This document shows, in pieces, positions 46,827 through 55,281 of a stretch of DNA of 64,000 bases. The stretch spans positions 1,216,001 through 1,280,000 of the forward strand of contig OZ253462.1 of the NCBI GenBank assembly GCA_965261395.1. Direction: 5' to 3'. A program made the position numbers and the translations under genes. Within the stretch, counting starts at the first letter, position 1; each line of letters begins with the position of its first letter. The notes beneath the pieces are model-generated. The model was not told where the DNA came from. It ran no database searches and worked only from the letters and a program-made list of their open reading frames with translations. Source of the stretch: Candidatus Latescibacterota bacterium. Its GTDB lineage: Bacteria > Latescibacterota > UBA2968 > UBA8231.

Positions 46827-49361
46827 ATGAGCGAACCATTAAAAATATTCATTACTTATTCGCATAAGGATACAAAGGCTATGGAAGAATTGCGAATACG
46901 CCTTGCTGTAATGGAACAACAAGGCAAAATAACACTTTGGGATGATAATAAAATTCTTCCAGGCGACGAATGGTATAAAGATATTTCCGACAACCTTGCC
47001 GATTCGGATGTTCTGCTCTACCTCGTCTCCGCTTGGAGTCTTGCCTCTAAAAACTGCAACAAAGAATTGGGCGATGCGTTAGACTCTAAGATAAGAGTCA
47101 TCCCCATTATCCTTGAGAGTTGCGATTGGCAAAATCATCGACTAAGCGGATACGAAGTCCTGCCTGATAAAGGCAAGCCTATTAACGAATGGACGCCTAA
47201 GAGCAAAGCCTGGCAAAATGTGGTAGAGGGTGTCCAAAAAGTGATTGATAAAATGCAAACTCAGATATCTGATAGTGCCCAAAAAGAAGCATTACCTAAG
47301 TGGGCATTTCTACAGGGTAACTTTCTGATAACGATAGGGCAAATTGACAGGGCGATAGAAGCCTACTCACATGTGATTGAGTTTGATTCAAATAGTGCCG
47401 TGGCATATGGTAATCGCGGTGTTGCTTACGACATCAAAGGTTATGCTGACCAGGCCATCGCAGACTTGAATAAGGCGATAGAGCTGAAGTCGGATGATGC
47501 CGTGGCCTACTACAATCGCGGCATCGTTTACCAAGGTAAAGAAGATATTGACAGTGCTATCGAAGACTATACTAAAGCGATAGAGATGAGTTTGGATTAC
47601 GCCGTGGCCTATTATAACCGTGGCAACGCTTACCACATGAAAGGCGCGTATGATCATGCTATCGAAGATTACAGCCAAGCAATAGAATTGAAGCCAAATT
47701 ATGTCGAAGCCTATAGCAATCGCGGCACCGTTTACCGTAGTAAAGGCGCGTATGATCGCGCTATTGCAGATTATACCAAAGTGATAGAACTAAACCCAAA
47801 TCTTGCTAAAGCCTATTACAATCGCGGCGTTGCTTACGGTATTAAAGGTGATTTTGACCACGCTATCGAAGATTGCAGCCAAGCGATAGCGCTGAGACCA
47901 GATTATGACGAAGCCTATAGTAATCGCGGCAACGCTTACCACATGAAAGGCGCGTATGATCGTGCTATTGCAGATTATACCAAAGCGGTAGAACTAAACC
48001 CAAGTGGTGCTGTGGCTTATTACAATCGCGGCATCGTTTACCGTAGTAAAGGCGCGTATGATCGTGCTATTGCAGATTATACCAAAGTGATAGAACTAAA
48101 CCCAAATCTTGCTAAAGCCTATTTTAATCGTGGTACGTGTTGGCTATATTTGCAAAACTGGCAAGAAGCCAAATCAGATCTGATAATTGCCAAGAGAATA
48201 GGTACGGATATTATCATGGAATTTCGTGACTATTACAGAAACATTAAGGCATTTGAAAGGAGGAGTGGTATCCAGTTGCCGAAAGACATTGCGGCCATGC
48301 TGACACAACGGCGACGGAGCCGTTTTCCCAAGACGGAAAAATTCTTGGATGCCGATGGCAGGTCCCTTGAATCGTCTGATGTAGTGAATTTGCGCGAGAG
48401 ACTCCGCAACGCCGGCATTCCTTTGGCACAATACGTCAAGACGAGGTCCTATTTTGGCATTAGGACAGGTAAGGACGAAGCGTTTGTCGTAGATAGCGCG
48501 ACGCGGGATGAACTCATTGTAGAGCATCCTTCATCCGCTGATATTTTGAAGCCGTTTTTGCACGGGCGCGGCATAAGACGCTGGCAAGTAGAAGCACAGG
48601 GTTTGTGGTTGATATTTGCCTACCGAGGAATAGAGATGAATAGTTATCCCGCTATCCAGAAACACTTAGAAAAATACAGGGATTCCCTGAGCAAAAGGGC
48701 AGGTAAACAGAAATGGTGCGAACTACAAGCAACCCTCAGCGACTCTAAGCGTTCTACGCAAACGAAGCTTGTCTGTCCAAATCTCTACAACCACCAGACC
48801 TTCGCCATTGAGACTGATGGTTTTTACTGTGGTCATACATGCTACATCATCCCGACAGAGGAAACGTGGTTATGTGGTGTTCTCAATTCCCGCGTCGTGG
48901 AGTGGTTTTATTCACAGGTGTCGAATCAATTAACAGGTGATGAACTTCGGGCACTCAGTGGCTATATGCAGCAGATTCCTATTCCTAATGTTACGTCAAC
49001 GCAGAAGGGGCTGATCGGCAAGATCGTCGATTACCTCGTCTATCTCCAGAAACAGCCAACTACAAATAGCAAGGACTTGGCATACGCCCGTGATTACGTA
49101 ATGCTCAAATATTTTGAGCGTATAATCGACGGACTGGTTTATGAGTCCTATCTGTCTGAGGAACTTCATCAGGGTGGCAAACATTTTTTCAACCCGTTGT
49201 TGGACGAACAGTTGCCTCAACCTGAAGAGATTCAGGGTGATAAAATGTCTGCGTTTCGGGATATATTTGAGCACCTGTATGAAAAAACGCATCCGGTTCG
49301 GAAGAACCTCTTCTTTCTCGATAGTTTGAAACCTATCCGCATCATTGAGGGCAAAGTATGA
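46827..49361 (+). CDS. TIR domain - 9x TPR - TaqI_C/Eco57I-like target-recognition-domain fusion protein
   Basis: TIR motifs IFITYSHKD, LWDD..ILPGDEW and SLASKNCNKEL; TPRs of the form AYYNRG...AIEDY..AIEL; C-terminal GIRTGKDEAFVVD, LKPFLHGRGIRRW, LCGVLNS, QIPIP and IIDGLVYE as in type IIG R-M C-termini. No NPPY or GxG methylase motifs. Confidence 0.85.
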   Translation: MSEPLKIFITYSHKDTKAMEELRIRLAVMEQQGKITLWDDNKILPGDEWYKDISDNLADSDVLLYLVSAWSLASKNCNKELGDALDSKIRVIPIILESCDWQNHRLSGYEVLPDKGKPINEWTPKSKAWQNVVEGVQKVIDKMQTQISDSAQKEALPKWAFLQGNFLITIGQIDRAIEAYSHVIEFDSNSAVAYGNRGVAYDIKGYADQAIADLNKAIELKSDDAVAYYNRGIVYQGKEDIDSAIEDYTKAIEMSLDYAVAYYNRGNAYHMKGAYDHAIEDYSQAIELKPNYVEAYSNRGTVYRSKGAYDRAIADYTKVIELNPNLAKAYYNRGVAYGIKGDFDHAIEDCSQAIALRPDYDEAYSNRGNAYHMKGAYDRAIADYTKAVELNPSGAVAYYNRGIVYRSKGAYDRAIADYTKVIELNPNLAKAYFNRGTCWLYLQNWQEAKSDLIIAKRIGTDIIMEFRDYYRNIKAFERRSGIQLPKDIAAMLTQRRRSRFPKTEKFLDADGRSLESSDVVNLRERLRNAGIPLAQYVKTRSYFGIRTGKDEAFVVDSATRDELIVEHPSSADILKPFLHGRGIRRWQVEAQGLWLIFAYRGIEMNSYPAIQKHLEKYRDSLSKRAGKQKWCELQATLSDSKRSTQTKLVCPNLYNHQTFAIETDGFYCGHTCYIIPTEETWLCGVLNSRVVEWFYSQVSNQLTGDELRALSGYMQQIPIPNVTSTQKGLIGKIVDYLVYLQKQPTTNSKDLAYARDYVMLKYFERIIDGLVYESYLSEELHQGGKHFFNPLLDEQLPQPEEIQGDKMSAFRDIFEHLYEKTHPVRKNLFFLDSLKPIRIIEGKV

Positions 49362-50788
49362 GAATCACCAAAATTGAGATTAAAAACTTCAGAGCCTTTC
49401 GTGGAACCTTAATCAATTTAAAGAAAGGGGAAAATCTGCTGATCCATGGCGAAAATGGAAGCGGAAAATCATCGTTATACCTCGCACTAAAATTTTTTCT
49501 TGAATCTGGTGAAGATGATTCCTATATGTCTAAAAGTCATCAGAACATTTTTACCGAGGGAGATGATCGATACATCAAACTGCATCTCCGTACAGACCAA
49601 CAGTCAGAGGAGGACATTTACGAATGGTCACAGAGTGCTAAGGAGGCAAATAACTCTTTGATTATTGAAGCATCAAAAACAAAAGGTTTTCTCGACTATA
49701 AGGCACTTCTGGAAACACACTATGTCCATCGCGAAAGCGATACTGTGAATGTATTCGAGTTGCTGATTAAAAATCTATTGGCAAATACTGTCAGCGTTAT
49801 AACAGGTCGAAGCCTTGCCGAAGACTGGGATGATATACAGCCACAGTCTCCACACCCAAATGCAATAGACCAAATTGCAATTCTTGAGGAACAGATAGAG
49901 AATTTTAATCAAGAATTAGCAAGTAGATTAAAAGAATTACAAAAAAAGGCATCTAAAATCCTCGACAAATTTGGGTACCATGTTGATCTTGAATTCGGCT
50001 TCCATAGGATTACATACAATCGCGAAAAAAAGATACTTGACGGTAAGCAGATTCTCTTGAAAATCAAATTCTTTGGAAGAGAGATTCTCATACATCAAAA
50101 CTTCCTAAACGAGGCAAAACTATCGGCGATCGCTATTTCTATCTACTTTTCGTCAATTCTGCTCCAGCCAGATAGCGAGTTGAAGATTCTCGCACTAGAT
50201 GACGTATTGATTGGCTTGGATATGTCAAATCGTATGCCAGTAATCGACATTCTAAAAGAATACTTCTCAGATTATCAGATATTCTTTATGACTTATGATC
50301 GTGCTTGGTATGAAATTGTCAAACAACGGACAGCGGATAGCGAATGGAAATACGCTGAATTCTACTTGAAAACTGACGAATACGAGATTCCGATCTATGT
50401 AGAAGATCGAGCGTATCTCGAAAAGGCGAAAGAGTATTTCAACATCAACGACTACAAAGCCTGTGCAATTTATCTTCGCACAGCCTTTGAAGTAGCGATC
50501 AAGAGATTCTGTGATAAGAAGAATCTCAAAGTCAGATACCGCGAAAATCCGAAAGACCTGACAAGCGACGATTTCTGGCAGGCAATAAAAGGAGAAAAGA
50601 CGAGAAATGGAGATCCCTTATTGGAACAGATACTCACTGACGAGATCGAACTGTACCGAAGTATTATCCTAAACCCGCTTAGCCACTCTCGCATTGTCTC
50701 CGTCGTCAAGAAAGAGATTTCCGAGGCAATAGAAGCAGTGGAAAATCTCGAAGTTAAGTTGGAGAAGTTAAGAAATACAAAGATATGA
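49358..50788 (+). CDS. ABC/SMC-like AAA ATPase with a HEPN-like C-terminus (RloC/PrrC-like architecture)
   Basis: ITKIEIKNFRAF, Walker A GENGSGKSS, FLNEAKLSA, Walker B LALDDVLIGLD; tail YLRTAFE...RSIILNPLSH; ATGA overlap with the upstream gene. Confidence 0.8.
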   Translation: MRITKIEIKNFRAFRGTLINLKKGENLLIHGENGSGKSSLYLALKFFLESGEDDSYMSKSHQNIFTEGDDRYIKLHLRTDQQSEEDIYEWSQSAKEANNSLIIEASKTKGFLDYKALLETHYVHRESDTVNVFELLIKNLLANTVSVITGRSLAEDWDDIQPQSPHPNAIDQIAILEEQIENFNQELASRLKELQKKASKILDKFGYHVDLEFGFHRITYNREKKILDGKQILLKIKFFGREILIHQNFLNEAKLSAIAISIYFSSILLQPDSELKILALDDVLIGLDMSNRMPVIDILKEYFSDYQIFFMTYDRAWYEIVKQRTADSEWKYAEFYLKTDEYEIPIYVEDRAYLEKAKEYFNINDYKACAIYLRTAFEVAIKRFCDKKNLKVRYRENPKDLTSDDFWQAIKGEKTRNGDPLLEQILTDEIELYRSIILNPLSHSRIVSVVKKEISEAIEAVENLEVKLEKLRNTKI

Positions 50789-50821
50789 TTATGACGTTGC
50801 CTCGTCACTAGAGATTGCTCT

Positions 50822-51406
50822 ATGGCTAATACACCCCTCGTCGTCCTAATCGGCGACTCAATCCGCATGGGTTATCAAGACCATGTCGCCAGCCAGTTGG
50901 CAGGCCGAGCCGAGGTCTGGGCACCCGAACCAAACGGCGGCGATAGCCGCAATGTCCTCGCACATCTGGACCAGTGGGCTCTCGTACGCCAGCCGGATTT
51001 GGTACACGTCAATTGTGGGCTGCACGATTTGAAAAGGGCCTTTGGCGCAGAATCCGAGGTCTCTTTGGCCGAATACGAGCGCAACGTGCGCCAGATACTA
51101 CAAAGGCTGCAACGCGAATTAAACGGGGCCGTCGTCTGGGCCACCACCACGCCGGTGGACGAGACTTGGCACCACCAGAATAAGGGCTTCGACCGCCTAG
51201 AGGCCGATGTAGAAGCCTACAACGCGGCTGCCCGCGCCGTGGCGGAGGATTTGGGCGTGCCGATTGACGACCTCTTTGCCGTTGTCCAACGTGCAGGGAA
51301 GGCGCGGCTTTTGACCCAAGACGGGGTGCATTTTACCGCAGAGGGATCGCAGCTATTGGGACGGGCGGTGGCCGAGTGCATCTGGGAGCATCTGTCAAAC
51401 CGCTAA
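50822..51406 (+). CDS. SGNH/GDSL hydrolase family protein
   Basis: LIGDSI, NGGDS, VNCGLHD, WATTTP, DGVH. Confidence 0.92.
   Translation: MANTPLVVLIGDSIRMGYQDHVASQLAGRAEVWAPEPNGGDSRNVLAHLDQWALVRQPDLVHVNCGLHDLKRAFGAESEVSLAEYERNVRQILQRLQRELNGAVVWATTTPVDETWHHQNKGFDRLEADVEAYNAAARAVAEDLGVPIDDLFAVVQRAGKARLLTQDGVHFTAEGSQLLGRAVAECIWEHLSNR
50834..50929 (+). repeat. Direct repeat copy 2 (within the intact SGNH gene)
   Basis: Matches 44002-44097 at 94/96 positions. Confidence 0.93.
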
Positions 51407-51408
51407 CT

Positions 51409-53283
51409 ATGGAAGCAACCGTAGCGCAATTAGCACAGACGCGGCAGGCGCGAGCGCAGCAAATCGCCGCCGCTGGAGATATTGAGGTGCTGGGCCGCCG
51501 CATCGACACTACGGTATCCGAGGCGCTAGTCCTGGGGCTTTGGTTGCAAGGCGTCAGGACCTTTTTTTGCGTCTTCGGTCACGGCTCGACCGAGATCGGC
51601 GAGGTGTTGCGGATTTATCAGGAAGCGGGGCTGGTGCGCGTCTGTGGGGTGCGCAGTGAGATTGAAGCGTCACACGCGGCTGCGGCCCTGCGCTGGGTGC
51701 GCGGAGAAAAGGCCGCGGTCGTCACCTCGATCGGCCCAGGTGCATTGCAAGCGTTGGCGGCCTCCATTGTCCCGCGCTCGGACGGGTTGGGCGTCTGGTA
51801 TCTGCTCGGGGACGAGACGACCCAAGACGAAGGGCCGAACATGCAGCAGATCCCCGGGACCGAACAAAACGCTTTCCTGCGGCTGTTTGGCACCATGAGC
51901 CGGGCGTACTCGCTGCACACGCCGCTGGCGCTTGCCACCGCGCTCCGGCGCGGACTCAACGCGGTGGATCATCCACATCAAGCCGAGCCGTTTTTCTTGC
52001 TCTTGCCGCTCAACGTGCAACCGGCGGAGCTGGCACAATTCAATTTGGACGAGCTGCCCGTGGGCGCACCGCCGCCGTTGGGTGCGGCCGCTGATGAGGG
52101 TCGCTACGCAGAGGCGGCCGTCGCCATTGCCGCGGCCGAGCGCGTCGTCGTCAAGGTCGGCGGTGGAGCGCGTGGGGCCGGCCCTGAGCTAGCCGAGCTG
52201 TTAGAGCTAGCCGACGCGGTGGCTGTGACCAGCCCCTTAGTTTCCGGCGTCTTGCCGTACGACCATCCGCGCAACATGACCGTCGGCGGCAGCAAAGGGT
52301 CAATCTGCGGCAACTATGCGATGGAAGAAGCCGATTTTTTGATCGCCGTAGGCTCGCGCTTTGTCTGCCAGTCCGATTCGTCGCGCACGGGCTATCCGCG
52401 CGTGCAGGGAGTCGTCAATATCAACGCCGATCCAGAAACCGCCACCCACTACGGCAAGACCATGGCCTTCGTCGGCGATGCCGCGGGGACGCTGCGAAGA
52501 TTGAATCACGCACTGACGGCTAGCGGCGCACAAAACGGCTCCCCTTCAGCTTGGTTGCGGGCCTGTAGCGACAAGAAGCGGGAGTGGGCGGCGTTTAAGG
52601 CCGTGCGCTATCGGAAGTCAGTGCTGTACGACGAGATGTGGGACGAGGAGGTGCTGACGCAACCGACGGCCATCAAGGTGGCCACGGATTGGGCACGCGC
52701 CCGCGACGGGGTGTGTTTTTTTGACGCCGGCGATGTGCAGGCCAACGGTTTCCAAGTAGTAGAGGACGATCGCTTGGGGCGCACCTTTACCGAGACCGGG
52801 GCCAGCTATATGGGCTTTGCGGTCTCGGCGCTGTTGGCCACGGCGGTAGCTACCGAGCCGTTTTACGGGTTGGCCATTAGCGGCGATGGCTCTTTCACCA
52901 TGAACCCGCAGGTGCTCATCGACGGCGTAGAGCACGGCGCGACCGGCTGCATCCTGCTGTTGGACAACCGGCGGATGGGCGCGATCACGGGTCTGCAACT
53001 GGCCCAGTACGGGGCCGAGTGCGGCACCCGCGACGGCGTGGCCGTTGACTACGTGGCTTGGGCGCGGGCAGTGGAGGGCGTGGTCGCGTTGAGCGGCGGG
53101 TATTCGCCCGAGTCGCTGGAGAGGGCATTGGACCAGGCGCGGGCGCACGACGGCTTGTCGCTGATACACCTTCCCGTTTACTTCGGGCCGGACGAGCGCG
53201 GGGGCTTGGGGGCCTTTGGCCGCTGGAATGTCGGCAACTGGTGTGCCGATATTGAGGCGCTGCGCCACGAGATTGGACTTTGA
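51409..53283 (+). CDS. Thiamine-pyrophosphate-dependent enzyme (IolD-like)
   Basis: FGHGS, VTSIGPGA, VGGSKG, SYMGF, GDGSF...N TPP motif. Confidence 0.85.
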   Translation: MEATVAQLAQTRQARAQQIAAAGDIEVLGRRIDTTVSEALVLGLWLQGVRTFFCVFGHGSTEIGEVLRIYQEAGLVRVCGVRSEIEASHAAAALRWVRGEKAAVVTSIGPGALQALAASIVPRSDGLGVWYLLGDETTQDEGPNMQQIPGTEQNAFLRLFGTMSRAYSLHTPLALATALRRGLNAVDHPHQAEPFFLLLPLNVQPAELAQFNLDELPVGAPPPLGAAADEGRYAEAAVAIAAAERVVVKVGGGARGAGPELAELLELADAVAVTSPLVSGVLPYDHPRNMTVGGSKGSICGNYAMEEADFLIAVGSRFVCQSDSSRTGYPRVQGVVNINADPETATHYGKTMAFVGDAAGTLRRLNHALTASGAQNGSPSAWLRACSDKKREWAAFKAVRYRKSVLYDEMWDEEVLTQPTAIKVATDWARARDGVCFFDAGDVQANGFQVVEDDRLGRTFTETGASYMGFAVSALLATAVATEPFYGLAISGDGSFTMNPQVLIDGVEHGATGCILLLDNRRMGAITGLQLAQYGAECGTRDGVAVDYVAWARAVEGVVALSGGYSPESLERALDQARAHDGLSLIHLPVYFGPDERGGLGAFGRWNVGNWCADIEALRHEIGL

Positions 53284-53368
53284 ATCCGCAGATGTACGCA
53301 GATGAGCGCAGATGCGAATCGTCTTGTAAATACTATATCTGCGTCATATCTGCGTACATCTGCGGATT
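53283..53368. repeat. Inverted-repeat element built from CGCAGATG units (REP/MITE-like)
   Basis: 21-bp perfect inverted arms AATCCGCAGATGTACGCAGAT and ATCTGCGTACATCTGCGGATT, plus a third imperfect unit. Confidence 0.85.
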
Positions 53369-53410
53369 ATCTAATGTTAAGACAGGACTTTGAGAAGAGG
53401 AGGAAATCGC

Positions 53411-54424
53411 ATGAAAATTGCCATATTGCACGGTCCGCGCGACTTGCGGATTGAGGATCTGACGCTGGACACGGAGAACTTAGAGGACGACCAAATTTGG
53501 GTGGAGACGGAGATTACTGGATTTAAGATCGGCACCGACCGCGGCAACTACGAAGGGGCCGAACAGGTGCCCGGAGCACCGGATTTTCCGCGCTGGGTGG
53601 GCGACAGCAACCTAGGCGTGGTGCGAGGGGTCGGCAGCAAGGTAGCCAAGTTCGCGGTGGGGGATCGGGTGGTGTCGCGGCATCCCCATCAGTCGGCGTA
53701 CGTGGCGCGGGACAGCGAGAGCATCGTCGTGGTGCCGGACGGGGTCGCGGCCGAAGACGCGGTATTCGCCCATTTGTACGCCTTGAGCATGCATTGCTAC
53801 AGCAAGGCTTTTTTCGCGCCCGGCGAGACCGTGGCCGTCGTGGGGTTGGGCGTCTTGGGGCTGGGGGCGGTGGCGCTAGGCCCGCTTTTTGGCGCGCGGG
53901 TAGTGGGGCTGGGCAACAGCTCAGTGCGGCTGGATATGGCGCGCGAGATGGGGGCGCACGAGGCTCTGTTGTCGGATGACCCCGAGCTAGCGGCCAAGCT
54001 GGACGAATTCACCCACGGGCAGGGGATCGACTTGGTGATCCTGACGGCCAACCCTTGGCCGGCGTATCGCACGGCGATGGAAGTAGTCCGAATCAACGGA
54101 CGGGTGTCCATCGTCAGCTTGCCTGGGCGGGGTGAAGAGCCGCTGGATTTTAACCCGCTGGACATGCGCTGGTTTTACTTCAAAGGCGTTTCGCTCTGCG
54201 CGGTCAACGACCGGGCCGGGTCGCTTTTTCCGCTGCCGGACGGAGATCGCTTTGACAACGACAGCCGCTGCGCCCACGTGCTCTCGCTGATGCAGGAGGG
54301 CAAGCTCCAGCCGAGCCGCTTGGTCACCCACCGGCTGCACTACTCGGACATGGTGCAAGCCTACGAAATGGCGTACCATCGCGAGAAAAACATGCTCAAC
54401 GTGGTATTCAATTGGAAGGACTGA
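53411..54424 (+). CDS. Zinc-binding (MDR) dehydrogenase family protein
   Basis: GDRVV..HPHQS, GLGVLG, GIDLVI, LVTHR; AGAGGAGG RBS. Confidence 0.88.
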   Translation: MKIAILHGPRDLRIEDLTLDTENLEDDQIWVETEITGFKIGTDRGNYEGAEQVPGAPDFPRWVGDSNLGVVRGVGSKVAKFAVGDRVVSRHPHQSAYVARDSESIVVVPDGVAAEDAVFAHLYALSMHCYSKAFFAPGETVAVVGLGVLGLGAVALGPLFGARVVGLGNSSVRLDMAREMGAHEALLSDDPELAAKLDEFTHGQGIDLVILTANPWPAYRTAMEVVRINGRVSIVSLPGRGEEPLDFNPLDMRWFYFKGVSLCAVNDRAGSLFPLPDGDRFDNDSRCAHVLSLMQEGKLQPSRLVTHRLHYSDMVQAYEMAYHREKNMLNVVFNWKD

Positions 54425-54430
54425 GGCGTT

Positions 54431-55261
54431 ATGGAGCTACTGCCGACGACCAATGCCGACGGGCGGGACGTCGTCCCAATGACCCCGGCCCAGAAGTACC
54501 TCTTCGACCTCAAGGGGTTTATCCTCTTACCCGCGCTGTTGAGCGAAGAAGAGCTGGTGCAGATTCGCGCCCATCAGCATAAGTTCCTCTACGAGCGCGA
54601 GTCCCTGCCGCCGCACGAGCGCGACAATCACGGCGGCCCGTCGCAGATCTTGCTCGACCACCCGGCGGTCGTGGGCGTGCTCAACGAAGTGCTCTCGCAT
54701 CAGGCGCTGGCCAGCGAAGACTGCTATGGGTTTCGCTACGATCACACCTATACCAGCCATCGCCAAGCTGGGCACGACAACTTCGGCCCGCACGGCGGCG
54801 GCGGGTACTTCAACTTTCGCGGCAACTCGCACATCTACCAGATGCAGCAGGGCAAGGTGCATTCCGGGCTGACGCGAGTGGTGTGGGAGCTCAACGAGGT
54901 CGACGGAGGCACGCTTTTTTTGCCGGGCAGCCACAAAGCCGCCTTCCCCCGGTCCGAGGAGCTGAGCGAGCGCGACAGCCCGCTGTGGGAGAGCTATATC
55001 TGCCCGGCCGGTTCGGCGGTGATTTTCACCGAGGCCCTGTGCCATTCGGGTACGCGCTGGACCAACCAGCAGTGGGACCGGCTGACCTTGTTTACCTGCT
55101 ACGACACGGTCAATTCCAAGTGGGGCAAAGGGTGCCCTGCGCCCGAAGTTGTCGCCTCGTTCCCAGAGAAGCGCCGCACCCTCTTCCGGGGCGTGTGGCA
55201 CGGGATGAGCGACGTGCCCGGCATCAACAAATACTACGAAGCAGCCAACCAAGCCGTTTGA
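54431..55261 (+). CDS. PhyH-family dioxygenase-like protein (HGG variant)
   Basis: QKYLFDLKGF, PHGG, GGTLFLPGSHKA, FTEALCHSG. Confidence 0.85.
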   Translation: MELLPTTNADGRDVVPMTPAQKYLFDLKGFILLPALLSEEELVQIRAHQHKFLYERESLPPHERDNHGGPSQILLDHPAVVGVLNEVLSHQALASEDCYGFRYDHTYTSHRQAGHDNFGPHGGGGYFNFRGNSHIYQMQQGKVHSGLTRVVWELNEVDGGTLFLPGSHKAAFPRSEELSERDSPLWESYICPAGSAVIFTEALCHSGTRWTNQQWDRLTLFTCYDTVNSKWGKGCPAPEVVASFPEKRRTLFRGVWHGMSDVPGINKYYEAANQAV

Positions 55262-55281
55262 GCGCGACGAAAGAATTCTGC

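Larger units (their letters stand above)
44098..50833. mobile_element. Low-GC accessory/defence island inserted in the SGNH hydrolase gene
   Basis: Bounded by 96-bp direct repeats; AT-richer; carries HigA, IS5, TIR-TPR and ATPase genes; no integrase. Confidence 0.75.

Noticed and set aside
47300-48150. Diversity-generating retroelement template/variable repeats in the TPR array
   Set aside because: The differences between copies are few and not adenine-specific, and there is no reverse transcriptase in the window.
54883-55281. N-terminal extension of PolA (1041-aa ORF)
   Set aside because: It overlaps the PhyH gene in another frame. PolA homology starts at MSEKVLFLLDG (55282).
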